Positions 10,220-19,420 of a DNA stretch of 64,000 nucleotides are shown in pieces. Both the position numbers and the translations under genes were made by a program. The notes under the pieces were generated by a model, which was not told the origin of the DNA, ran no database searches, and saw only the letters and a program-made list of their open reading frames with translations. Every line of letters starts with the position of its first letter. The first letter of the stretch is position 1. Origin of the DNA: Bacteroidales bacterium (GTDB taxonomy: Bacteria > Bacteroidota > Bacteroidia > Bacteroidales > F082); the NCBI GenBank assembly GCA_015493525.1, contig WGCY01000020.1, forward strand, positions 52,604 to 116,603, in the 5' to 3' direction.

Positions 10220-11758
10220 ATGAAAAGAATATATATTAAAACATTCGCAATCTTGTTCACGGTGTTGTTTGCAACATCCTGTACAAAGAACTGGGAAACG
10301 ATGAATACGGATCCTAATAACCCCAAGGATGCTGCCTATACTAATGTATTGGCCCATTCAATCCGTTATATCGGTTCCGTTATGTTTGATGACTGGCAGG
10401 GGATGAACAACTTCTGTAGTTATACCGGCCAGATTACCAAAATTCAATATACTGATGAGGCGCACTATCAGTATCGGGACAATGTGGTTTATAACGCGTG
10501 GAGTGATTATTACGAAACGCAACTTGACCTCAGTAAACTTATAGAAAAGGCCAAAGCAGCCGGCAACTCCGGTCAGGAAGGTGCTGCGCTTACATGGTCG
10601 GTTTACTTGTGGCAAATGGCCGCTGACCAGTGGGGCAATATTCCTTATTCGCAGGCTATTCAGGGAGAAAGTAAAGGCAATTATACCCCTGTTTATGATA
10701 AGCCATCTGCTATTTATAATTCCTTATTTGCCAAGATAGAGGAAGCTAATGATTTATTGGCCCACCCTAAAACAGTTACCGGTTCTACGGATCAGCTTGG
10801 TGAGGGGGATATTATTTATCATGGTAGTTTTGCTGAGTGGCAAAAATTTGCCAATTCGATACATTTGCGCCTCGCTATGCGGATTTCTAATGTTGATCCG
10901 GCAAAGGCACAGGCAGAAGTTGAGAAAATCTTGGGTGATCCTTCCAAATATCCTATATTCGAAAGTAGGGATGATGAGGCAAAATTAAAGTGGACGGGTG
11001 CTCCGTATTATGAACCTTATTATTATAATCATTACATTCGTAACCGTGACGACCATGGTATGGCCAAAACTTTGATTGATACTTTGTTAAGCTTTAATGA
11101 TCCACGAATTGCCGCTTTTGCCAAAAGAAATAGTGCTGGGCTTTACGTTGGGCAAGTGGAAGGCTCCAAGAGCGGGGATGTTAGGCATACTTCACGGATT
11201 GGTGCTATGTATCGCGATGACCCCAAGGGATATACTTATTTTCTGCGTTACGCCGAGGTTCAGTTTAATATTGCCGAGGCTGGCTTACGGGGTTGGAATA
11301 TTGGTTCTTATACTGCTAATGGTGCCTATGCTGCCGGTATTGCCGCTTCGTTTGATGAGACATATAGTGGCGAACTCTCTCCGCTTGATGTTAAGAATGA
11401 ATCTGCTGATTTAGCTGCCTATATGGCCAATCCTAAAGTAGCTTTAACGGGTGTGGTTGGTGCCCCCTTTAATATGGATCCCTCTACTGATTTGGTAAAA
11501 GTTTATATCCAAAAGTGGATTTCAATGTTCAAGGAAGGCCAGGAACTGTGGGCATTGCAGAGAAGGACCAACTATCCTCCTATGGCAGCTGCACCAGGTT
11601 CCAATTACCCCGGGCACAATGTGGGCCCTTTCCGTTATCCTTATCCAAGTACCGAATTTAACCTGAATGGTACAAATGCTACCGCTGCATCAGCAGGCAT
11701 TGTGGATCACTTCTGGGGAAAACAACTCTTCTGGGATGTCCGTACAGGTGTTCACTAG
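10220..11758 (+). CDS. SusD/RagB family nutrient-binding outer membrane lipoprotein
   Basis: 512 aa with a lipoprotein signal (LFATSC). It lies 18 nt downstream of the SusC gene and has TPR-like helical composition. Confidence 0.85.
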   Translation: MKRIYIKTFAILFTVLFATSCTKNWETMNTDPNNPKDAAYTNVLAHSIRYIGSVMFDDWQGMNNFCSYTGQITKIQYTDEAHYQYRDNVVYNAWSDYYETQLDLSKLIEKAKAAGNSGQEGAALTWSVYLWQMAADQWGNIPYSQAIQGESKGNYTPVYDKPSAIYNSLFAKIEEANDLLAHPKTVTGSTDQLGEGDIIYHGSFAEWQKFANSIHLRLAMRISNVDPAKAQAEVEKILGDPSKYPIFESRDDEAKLKWTGAPYYEPYYYNHYIRNRDDHGMAKTLIDTLLSFNDPRIAAFAKRNSAGLYVGQVEGSKSGDVRHTSRIGAMYRDDPKGYTYFLRYAEVQFNIAEAGLRGWNIGSYTANGAYAAGIAASFDETYSGELSPLDVKNESADLAAYMANPKVALTGVVGAPFNMDPSTDLVKVYIQKWISMFKEGQELWALQRRTNYPPMAAAPGSNYPGHNVGPFRYPYPSTEFNLNGTNATAASAGIVDHFWGKQLFWDVRTGVH

Positions 11759-11772
11759 AGATTAGTTTCTTA

Positions 11773-11813
11773 CTAAAAAAAAGGCTGTCCTGTTTAGGAT
11801 GGCCTTTTTTTTA
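11773..11813 (+). terminator. rho-independent terminator after the SusC/SusD pair
   Basis: A-run, then hairpin AAGGCTGTCCT-GTTT-AGGATGGCCTT (11781-11806), then a T-run. Confidence 0.6.
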
Positions 11814-11844
11814 TTCCTATTTTTGACTTTTATAAATTAGTATT

Positions 11845-12702
11845 ATGACAAAAAAGGTACCTGCCATTCAGCCTGAGTTTATTGATGTGGGAAAAGTCAT
11901 TGGGCGTAAGAGCCCCACGTTGCGAAAACGGTTGCCTGGGTTTGTCCTGAATTACCTGCGGCGCATTGTCCACGAGGCTGAACTGAACGAATTTCTTCGT
12001 TTGTACGGGCATTTGGAAGGGGTTCCTTTTATTGCCGGGGCCATGGAGTTTATGAATACCCAGATTAATGTTGTGGGGCTGGAGAATATTCCAGAGACCG
12101 GCAGATATATTGTGGCATCCAACCATCCCCTGGGCGGGCTGGATGGGCTGGCACTTATGCTCACAGCTGCCAAAAGACGAAAGGACATTGTCTTTCCGGT
12201 AAACGATATCCTTATGAACGTGAAGAACCTGGAACCGCTTTTTATTCCCATCAACAAACATGGTTCAAATACGGAAAACATTAAGATAATCAATGATACT
12301 TTTGCTTCCGACAAGTTAATTTGCTATTTCCCGGCAGGTTTGGTTTCTCGTAAGAATGGCGGGGTGATAAAAGATTTAATGTGGCACCCTACTTTTATTA
12401 CCAAAGCCAAAAGGTTCAAACGCGACATTATTCCCACCCACATTAGCGGGAGGAACTCAAATTTCTTCTACAACCTTGCCAAAATCCGAAAACTATTGCA
12501 CATCAAAGCCAACATAGAGATGCTTTATCTGGTCGACGAATTTCATAAGCAGAAGAACAAAACCATTACCATTACTTTTGGGAAACCGGTTTCGTACACG
12601 GTTTTCGACCACAAACATCCCAAGACGGAATGGGCCGCCCGAATGCGTGATTTTATCTATTTGCTGGAAGATAACCCAAAGGCTTTATTTGTCGCTGATT
12701 GA
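11845..12702 (+). CDS. lysophospholipid/PlsC-type O-acyltransferase (GlsA/OlsA-like)
   Basis: 285 aa with the acyltransferase His/Asp box SNHPLGGLDG. It is directly followed by an OlsB/GlsB-type N-acyltransferase gene, as in the Bacteroides glycine-lipid pair. Confidence 0.72.
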   Translation: MTKKVPAIQPEFIDVGKVIGRKSPTLRKRLPGFVLNYLRRIVHEAELNEFLRLYGHLEGVPFIAGAMEFMNTQINVVGLENIPETGRYIVASNHPLGGLDGLALMLTAAKRRKDIVFPVNDILMNVKNLEPLFIPINKHGSNTENIKIINDTFASDKLICYFPAGLVSRKNGGVIKDLMWHPTFITKAKRFKRDIIPTHISGRNSNFFYNLAKIRKLLHIKANIEMLYLVDEFHKQKNKTITITFGKPVSYTVFDHKHPKTEWAARMRDFIYLLEDNPKALFVAD

Positions 12703-12734
12703 TTGTATATTTGCAGCAAGCAAACTAAAGAAAA

Positions 12735-13655
12735 ATGGAAACAATTATTCCCCCTGTCAGCAAGGAGTTGTTACTTTCTGAATTAAATGAGAAAACGTTT
12801 CTCAGGAAGACCAACAGCGGAGGCAATGAAATTTATGACCTGATGGCCGGAGATGCGCCGCATGTAATGATGGAAATTGGCCGGTTGCGCGAAGTTACCT
12901 TTCGGGATGCCAAAGGCGGAACCGGCAAAAGCACGGATATCGATGAATACGACAGCGGTGAAGATGCTTTCAGGCAACTGATTGTCTGGGACCCGAAAGA
13001 ACAGGCCATTGTGGGCGGGTACCGTTATAAGCACTGCAAAGAGATGCGGGTGAAGAATGGGGAAGTCTTTACGCCCACTTCCCGGCTTTTCAAGTACAAC
13101 AAACGCTTTATTGACAAATACCTGCCTTATACGATTGAGCTGGGCCGCTCGTTTGTGCAACCCGACTACCAGCCTGTATATAACCTGAGACGTGGCCTGT
13201 TTTCGCTGGATAATCTTTGGGATGGGCTTGGTGCCGTAGTTGTGAAGTATTCGGATGCAAAATATCTGTTTGGAAAAATAACCATGTATCCGCATTTCGA
13301 CTCTTTTGCCCGCGATATGATCCTCTATTTTATGCGCAAATACTTTCCGGATAAGGAGAACCTGGTTGCCCCCAGAAATCCGCTTCCCATCAACACGGAT
13401 GTTAAAATACTGGAGAGTATTTTCAGTGGTGTGAATTATGAAGAAAATTACAGGATACTGGTGCAGAAAGTAAGAAAACTCGGGGAAAATATCCCGCCCC
13501 TTTTCAATGCTTACATGAGTTTGTCTTCCACCATGAAGACTTTTGGTACCGCACTGAATGACCATTTTGGTAATGTGGAGGAAACAGGCATTCTGGTTAC
13601 CGTGAATGACATATATGGTGAGAAAAAAGACAGGCATTTGAACATTCCCGCATAA
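12735..13655 (+). CDS. GNAT-fold N-acyl amino acid synthase (hemolysin-like, OlsB/GlsB type)
   Basis: 306 aa. IGRLREVTFRDAKGGTGKSTDIDEYD and QLIVWDPKEQAIVGGYRY resemble the OlsB-type Acetyltransf_5 family. It is paired with the preceding acyltransferase. Confidence 0.72.
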   Translation: METIIPPVSKELLLSELNEKTFLRKTNSGGNEIYDLMAGDAPHVMMEIGRLREVTFRDAKGGTGKSTDIDEYDSGEDAFRQLIVWDPKEQAIVGGYRYKHCKEMRVKNGEVFTPTSRLFKYNKRFIDKYLPYTIELGRSFVQPDYQPVYNLRRGLFSLDNLWDGLGAVVVKYSDAKYLFGKITMYPHFDSFARDMILYFMRKYFPDKENLVAPRNPLPINTDVKILESIFSGVNYEENYRILVQKVRKLGENIPPLFNAYMSLSSTMKTFGTALNDHFGNVEETGILVTVNDIYGEKKDRHLNIPA

Positions 13656-13666
13656 TAAAAGAAAGC

Positions 13667-14269
13667 ATGGAAATAAAAACGGCAGAATTTATCACCAGCT
13701 CGGTGATGGAGAGTCAGTGTCCGAAACCCATTTTACCTGAATACGCTTTTATCGGGCGTTCCAATGTGGGCAAGTCATTATTAATCAATATGATAACGAA
13801 TAACCGGAAATTGGCCAAGGTTTCCGGTAGTCCGGGGAAAACCATCACCATGAACCATTTTCTGATTGACAAAACGTGGTATCTTGTTGATTTACCCGGT
13901 TATGGTTTTGCCAGGCGTTCGAAGACAGAACGTAAAAAATGGGAAAGAATGATTCGTCATTATATCCTTACGCGCTCAAATTTGATGTCGCTTTTTGTGC
14001 TGGTTGACCTGCGCCACGAACCCCAGAAAATCGATACGGAATTTATGGAATGGCTGGCCATGTCGCAGATTCCGTTTGTGATTACATTTACCAAATCAGA
14101 TAAGCTGGGCAAAGTGAACGTGGAGAAAAACCTTTCCACGTACAAAGAGATACTTTTAGAAAGCTGGGAAGAGCTGCCTCCGTTTGTCGTTACTTCTGCA
14201 GTTGCTGGTACGGGCAAAGAAGAATTGTTGCAGTATGTCGCCGACACCAATAAACTTTTTCAACTCTAA
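13667..14269 (+). CDS. engB: ribosome biogenesis GTP-binding protein YihA/YsxC
   Basis: G1 GRSNVGKSLLIN, G3 DLPGYGFA, G4 TKSDK; 200 aa. Confidence 0.9.
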   Translation: MEIKTAEFITSSVMESQCPKPILPEYAFIGRSNVGKSLLINMITNNRKLAKVSGSPGKTITMNHFLIDKTWYLVDLPGYGFARRSKTERKKWERMIRHYILTRSNLMSLFVLVDLRHEPQKIDTEFMEWLAMSQIPFVITFTKSDKLGKVNVEKNLSTYKEILLESWEELPPFVVTSAVAGTGKEELLQYVADTNKLFQL

Positions 14270-14281
14270 TATCAACTGGCG

Positions 14282-14295
14282 TAAGCGTCCGCTTA
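14282..14295. repeat. 14-bp palindrome TAAGCG-TC-CGCTTA (member of a dispersed palindrome family)
   Basis: Perfect palindrome 13 nt after the engB stop. It is the reverse complement of the copy at 20757-20770. Confidence 0.55.
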
Positions 14296-14304
14296 TACCT
14301 ATAT

Positions 14305-14628
14305 TTAATACATTTCAACTAACAGTTGGTTTTTGGAAACCAAATCGTTGACTTTAACCCATACTTTTTTAATCCGGCCATCTTTTGGGGCAGCGATGAT
14401 GTTGCGCATTTTCATGGCTTCGAGCAAAAGTAACGGCTGGCCTTTTTCTACTTTCTGTCCGCGCTTTACTTTTACTTCCACAATGGTTCCCGGGATAAAT
14501 GCATTTAAAAGATTTAGGTCCGGTTCTTTGTATGGCTTTCTGTTTTTAAACTTATCGGTCAGGGTTGTTTTATAAAACATTCCTCCAATAGTAAAATCTT
14601 CCGACGGGTTATTTTGTTTTTCTGACAT
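14305..14628 (-). CDS. biotin/lipoyl-attachment domain protein (short biotin carboxyl carrier subunit)
   Basis: 107 aa with the biotinylation motif EAMKM. It lies immediately downstream of the carboxyltransferase gene. Confidence 0.8.
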   Translation of the reverse strand: MSEKQNNPSEDFTIGGMFYKTTLTDKFKNRKPYKEPDLNLLNAFIPGTIVEVKVKRGQKVEKGQPLLLLEAMKMRNIIAAPKDGRIKKVWVKVNDLVSKNQLLVEMY

Positions 14629-14640
14629 GACAGTTCAATT

Positions 14641-16188
14641 TTAAAACGGGGGAATTCCATGTTTTTTCTTCGGCAGAGAGACCTCTTTCTCCTGTGAAAT
14701 CCCTAATGCCCTGATAAGCATTTTTCTGGTTTCGGCTGGTTCAATAACGGCATCAATATATCCGTAAGCAGCGGCGACATAAGGGTTGGCAAATTTCTCT
14801 TTGTATTCATCCACCATTTTTTGCCTGAATGCATCCGGGTCTTTGGCGGCCATAATCTCTTTTCGGAAAATAATGTTGGCAGCTCCTTCGGGGCCCATCA
14901 CGGCAATCTCGGCCGTAGGCCAGGCAAAGACAAAATCGGCACGCAAATGGTGCGAACACATGGCAATGTAACCGCCACCATAAGCTTTTCGCATAATCAG
15001 GGTGATCTTTGGCACCGTGGCCTCAGAGTAAGCGTATAATATCTTGGCACCGTGACGGATAACCCCGGCATGTTCCTGGTCAACGCCCGGCAGGTAGCCC
15101 GGCAGGTCAACCAGTGTAACCAGCGGAATGTTAAACGCATCGCAATACCGGATAAAACGGGCTGCCTTGTCGGAAGAATCTACATCCAGCACACCGGCAA
15201 GCACCATGGGCTGGTTGGCCACAAAACCAACAGTATCGCCTTCCATACGGCCAAAACCAATGACTATGTTTTGGGCAAACAAGTCCTGAATTTCCATAAA
15301 TTCAGAATCATCGGTCAGGGAACGAATGACATCGCGCACATCATAAGGCTCGCGGGGGTCGGAGGGGATAATGTCTTCGATATTAAATTTTCTGGTTTTG
15401 GGTTTCTTCTTTGGATATTTTGCAGCTTTGCGCGTGTTGTTCCAGGGGATATAACTTACAAGTGATTTAATCTGGTTGAAACATTCCTCTTCGCTTTGCG
15501 CAAAAAAATGGGCATTTCCTGTTGTCTCACAATGAACGCGGGCACCGCCGAGTGCCTCCATGCTGATTTCTTCGCCAAGGACTGTTTTTATTACTTCCGG
15601 GCCGGTAATGAACATTTTGGAGATATTTTCAACCACAAAAACAAAGTCTGTCAACGCCGGGGAATAAACAGCACCTCCGGCACAAGGGCCGAGGATAACC
15701 GATATTTGCGGAATGACACCGGAAGCCAGTGTGTTGCGGTAAAAAATCTCGCCATAGCCTGCCAACGAGTTAACTCCTTCCTGAATACGCGCACCACCCG
15801 AATCGTTGATGCCGATGAGCGGAACCCTCAGCTTCAGCGCATGGTCCATAATTTTGGTGATTTTCTTGGCATGCATCCATCCCAGCGACCCGCCTGCTAC
15901 GGTAAAATCCTGCGCATAAATACACACCGGATGTCCTGAAATGGTCCCTGTCCCAGTGATAACCCCATCGCCGGGAAGGTATTTCTTGTCCATGTTAAAA
16001 TCCCTCGCTGCATGTTCTACAAATAAGTCATATTCATGAAAGGTGTCTGCATCCAGTAAGGCTACAATACGCTCACGGGCAGTCAGTTTGCCAATGGCTT
16101 TCTGCTTTTGAATGGCTTTGTCGCCACCGCCTTTTAATGCACTCCGCATACGCCTGCGCAGATCGGTTGATTTTTCTTTAAGTCCCAT
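14641..16188 (-). CDS. acyl-CoA carboxylase carboxyltransferase subunit (methylmalonyl-CoA decarboxylase alpha / propionyl-CoA carboxylase beta type)
   Basis: 515 aa with two crotonase-like carboxyltransferase halves. Typical stretches are GGARIQEG and RKAYGGGYIAM. Confidence 0.9.
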   Translation of the reverse strand: MGLKEKSTDLRRRMRSALKGGGDKAIQKQKAIGKLTARERIVALLDADTFHEYDLFVEHAARDFNMDKKYLPGDGVITGTGTISGHPVCIYAQDFTVAGGSLGWMHAKKITKIMDHALKLRVPLIGINDSGGARIQEGVNSLAGYGEIFYRNTLASGVIPQISVILGPCAGGAVYSPALTDFVFVVENISKMFITGPEVIKTVLGEEISMEALGGARVHCETTGNAHFFAQSEEECFNQIKSLVSYIPWNNTRKAAKYPKKKPKTRKFNIEDIIPSDPREPYDVRDVIRSLTDDSEFMEIQDLFAQNIVIGFGRMEGDTVGFVANQPMVLAGVLDVDSSDKAARFIRYCDAFNIPLVTLVDLPGYLPGVDQEHAGVIRHGAKILYAYSEATVPKITLIMRKAYGGGYIAMCSHHLRADFVFAWPTAEIAVMGPEGAANIIFRKEIMAAKDPDAFRQKMVDEYKEKFANPYVAAAYGYIDAVIEPAETRKMLIRALGISQEKEVSLPKKKHGIPPF

Positions 16189-16396
16189 AATGATATTTTA
16201 AATCTCTGAGTATTAGCGAAAAAAAAGAGATAAGTAAAGCAACATAACATTGCAGGCTCTCTTATCTCCGTGTGCAAAAGTAATGGATTTTAGAAAAAAG
16301 TCAAGTTTTTTATTTGATGCTGTCTAAATAACCGGAGATTGATGAAAGACCCGTTTTCATTATTTTTGCACAAATGCCTTCGCAAAACCGGGAAGA

Positions 16397-16756
16397 ATGA
16401 ACATAGAAATGATACGTGAATATTGTCTGGAGAAACCTGCCGTAACCGAAAGTTTTCCTTTTGATGAGGTAACCCTTGTTTTTAAAGTGGCGGGTAAAAT
16501 GTTTGCCCTTGTAAACCTTGATGGCAGCCTGCGCATCAACTTAAAATGTGATCCCGAAAAAGCCCTCGAACTGCGTGAGCACTATTCGTTTGTTTTGCCC
16601 GGTTATCACATGAACAAGCGGCTGTGGAACACCATTCTTTTAGATGGTTCAGTAGAAAGTGATATGCTAAAATCATGGATAGATGATTCGTATCACCTGG
16701 TGGTGGCAAAATTGCCTAAAAATATTCGGGAAAAATTGGTCCAAGTGGACACTTGA
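16397..16756 (+). CDS. MmcQ/YjbR family DNA-binding protein
   Basis: 119 aa. N-terminal IREYCLEKPAVTESFPFDE and HMNKRLWNTI are characteristic of the YjbR family. Confidence 0.7.
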   Translation: MNIEMIREYCLEKPAVTESFPFDEVTLVFKVAGKMFALVNLDGSLRINLKCDPEKALELREHYSFVLPGYHMNKRLWNTILLDGSVESDMLKSWIDDSYHLVVAKLPKNIREKLVQVDT

Positions 16757-16780
16757 ACCAGAAATCCAAGTGAACATTTG
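16742..16780. repeat. two tandem copies of the palindrome family (CAAGTG-GA-CACTTG and CAAGTG-AA-CATTTG), 25-bp period
   Basis: TCCAAGTGGACACTTGAACCAG and TCCAAGTGAACATTTGAACCAG. The first copy contains the yjbR stop codon (16754-16756). Confidence 0.55.
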
Positions 16781-16981
16781 AACCAGTAATTGGTTTATTG
16801 ACGAAAACGTTTTATGGAAAACGACCTTGCAGCAGGGATAGCAGTGGCAGCTCGCAGCAACAAAAAGAGAGGTGGAGCAGCCGGATATGAGCGATGGGCA
16901 TAAGCTCCATATTCCGGCGTTGCGAAACACGCTTTTTGTTGTTGCGACTATAACGGATAGCCCGCCCGGCTGCCCCGGGAA

Positions 16982-17572
16982 TTATTCAGACCGGTTTTCT
17001 TCGGCATACATGCGACCTGCTTTCAATGCTTTCAGGTTGAGTGCCACCATTTCTTCTCCTTTTTTCCCAAAGAGCTGCCGGATGGCATTTTCCAAAGAGG
17101 CATATTTCAGGCCAAGAAAAGGGGAAGCGGCACCGAGTACCACGATATTGGCCGCTTTTACAGAGCCCTGTGCCTGTGCAAGTTTGTCGGCATCAATGGT
17201 AATGTAACGGGGGAGCTTTGTTATTTCGGCCAACACATCCTCCATGGGGGGATAATCCGGAATGTTTTTAAACGGGTTGACACTCGTGATGAGCCAGCCC
17301 GATTGCCGGTTTAACATATTGAAATAGCGCATGGATTCCAGGGGTTCCACCGTGAGGATCATGTCGGCTTTCCCTTCGGGGATCAGGTCGGAAGCAATGG
17401 GCCTGGAGGAGAGCCGCAGGTTCGACTGCACATCGCCGCCCCGCTGGCTCATGCCATGTACCTCTGATTGTTTCAGTTGCAGCCCTTCCGAAAGGGCTGC
17501 CATTCCAATGACGGTGGCAATGGTCAGGATTCCCTGTCCCCCGACACCACCCAAAATAATATCTTTTTTCAT
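16982..17572 (-). CDS. iorB: indolepyruvate ferredoxin oxidoreductase subunit beta
   Basis: 196 aa with N-terminal GGVGGQGILT. It lies directly downstream of the iorA-like gene. Confidence 0.85.
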   Translation of the reverse strand: MKKDIILGGVGGQGILTIATVIGMAALSEGLQLKQSEVHGMSQRGGDVQSNLRLSSRPIASDLIPEGKADMILTVEPLESMRYFNMLNRQSGWLITSVNPFKNIPDYPPMEDVLAEITKLPRYITIDADKLAQAQGSVKAANIVVLGAASPFLGLKYASLENAIRQLFGKKGEEMVALNLKALKAGRMYAEENRSE

Positions 17573-17584
17573 TTTAGTGTCTTT

Positions 17585-19216
17585 TTACTGTGCTGTGTTT
17601 TCTTTGGCCACTTTCTTTTTGGCATGTTTCAGCTTCATTCGGCGTGCCAGTGTTTGCACACACTCACGCCGCGGAATAATGACCGAAACGCCCTGGTAGG
17701 CCAGTTCTTCTTTAAAAACTTTCACATTTTCGTCGTGTAACCGCCGCAAAGGTTTAATGATGCGGATATGCTCTTCTTCTACCCCGATACCCCTGATAAT
17801 ATTTTCGAGCTTGCCAAAGCCTGCCGAGTCCTGTCCGCCGGTCATGCCGGTTGTGCTGTTATCGAGTACCACCACAGTAATGGGTACTTTCCTGTTTACG
17901 GCATCCAGCAGGCCGGTCATGCCCGAATGGGTAAAGGTGGAATCGCCGATGACAGCCACGGACGGAACAAGCCCGGCTTCGGCAGTACCTACCGCCATGG
18001 TGATGGAAGCCCCCATATCTACGCAACTGTTAATGGATTCCAATGGTTTTAACGCACTTAAAGTGTAGCAGCCAATGTCGGCGAGGACACGTCCGGGGCC
18101 ATACTCTTTCATGGCTTCGTTTAAAGCACCGAAAGAGTCCCAGTGCGGACATCCGTCACAGAGCAATGGCGGGCGGCCTTTCAACACTGACGGGATGGGA
18201 TAGCCTTCGGCAATTTCCATTCCGAGTGCTTTTCCCACAATATTGGGATTTAACTCACCGGCACGAGGGATAGTACCATCCATGCGCCCTTTTACAGGTT
18301 TTCCCTCGTCCATAATGCCACGGAAAAGCTCTTCGAGGATAGGATAGCCTTCTTCGAGCATAAGAATGGAACCGACCTGGTCGTAAAATTCACGTACCAG
18401 CTTACGCGAAACAGGGTACTGACCAATTTTCAGGACAGGGTAAGGGATTTCTCCCCCCTGGTAATTTTCCAGAAGATAGTTGTAGGCAATTCCACAGGCC
18501 ACAATGCCCATACTTTTATCTTTTCCGGGTATCAGTTTATTGTAGCCGGAAGTTTCACTTTCTTCCTGAAAAGCAAGTTGTTTTCCCAACAAAGCATTGT
18601 ATTGTTTTTTGGCAATAGAGGGCAGCAATATAAACTGTTTCAGGTTGGAGGGAAGGCTTAATTCGTTTTGCTGACGGAGGTCTCCACGCTGCACTCCCGA
18701 CCGGGAATGCGACAGGCGGGTAGTAATACGAAACAAGACCGGTGTGCCGTATTTCTCAGACAGTTCAAAAGCATATTTGGTCATGTCGTAAGTCTCCTGC
18801 TGGTTGGCGGGTTCCAGAATGGGGATTTGTGCAAATTTCCCATAAAAACGGGAGTCCTGTTCATTTTGCGAAGAGTGCATGGAAGGGTCATCGGCAGAGA
18901 CGACCACCAGCCCGCCATGCGCCCCGGTAATGGCCGAATTGATAAAAGCATCAGCCGCCACGTTCAGCCCCACATGTTTCATACAAACCAGGGCGCGTTT
19001 GCCGGCATACGACATGCCAATGGAAGTTTCCATAGCCGTTTTCTCATTGGCAGACCAATGGGAAGCGATGTGCCTCTCTTTGGCCTCTTTGGAGGCCTGA
19101 ATATATTCGGTAATTTCGGTGGAAGGCGTTCCGGGATAAGCAAAAACGCCGGATATACCGGCATCTATGGCACCCTGGGCAATTGCCTCATCACCAAGTA
19201 GCAGTAGTTTGTCCAT
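17585..19216 (-). CDS. iorA: indolepyruvate ferredoxin oxidoreductase subunit alpha
   Basis: 543 aa with the TPP-binding motif GDSTFTHSG and a Cys cluster (CDGCPH). Confidence 0.87.
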   Translation of the reverse strand: MDKLLLLGDEAIAQGAIDAGISGVFAYPGTPSTEITEYIQASKEAKERHIASHWSANEKTAMETSIGMSYAGKRALVCMKHVGLNVAADAFINSAITGAHGGLVVVSADDPSMHSSQNEQDSRFYGKFAQIPILEPANQQETYDMTKYAFELSEKYGTPVLFRITTRLSHSRSGVQRGDLRQQNELSLPSNLKQFILLPSIAKKQYNALLGKQLAFQEESETSGYNKLIPGKDKSMGIVACGIAYNYLLENYQGGEIPYPVLKIGQYPVSRKLVREFYDQVGSILMLEEGYPILEELFRGIMDEGKPVKGRMDGTIPRAGELNPNIVGKALGMEIAEGYPIPSVLKGRPPLLCDGCPHWDSFGALNEAMKEYGPGRVLADIGCYTLSALKPLESINSCVDMGASITMAVGTAEAGLVPSVAVIGDSTFTHSGMTGLLDAVNRKVPITVVVLDNSTTGMTGGQDSAGFGKLENIIRGIGVEEEHIRIIKPLRRLHDENVKVFKEELAYQGVSVIIPRRECVQTLARRMKLKHAKKKVAKENTAQ

Positions 19217-19420
19217 ATATTTATGTTTTTATAATTTCTAAAAAGCAGGCAAAGGTACCAATTTTCGGCCGTCTTAATGCACGGGTTCAAAATCTATAAT
19301 AAATATAAATTGAACAAAACGATAATCTTTTGTTAAAAATAACACAGGGATTTCTTTTTGTAACCGGGATAACAGGCACACGCTTAACGTTTCTCATGAC
19401 AAAGGATGCGAAGGGGATTA

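Noticed and set aside
16673-17207. ORFs 16673-16930 (-) and 16872-17207 (+) in and around the yjbR-iorB spacer
   Set aside because: Both run through the palindromes and the nested hairpin, and the second overlaps the iorB 3' end. The translations are motif-free, so these are probably non-coding.
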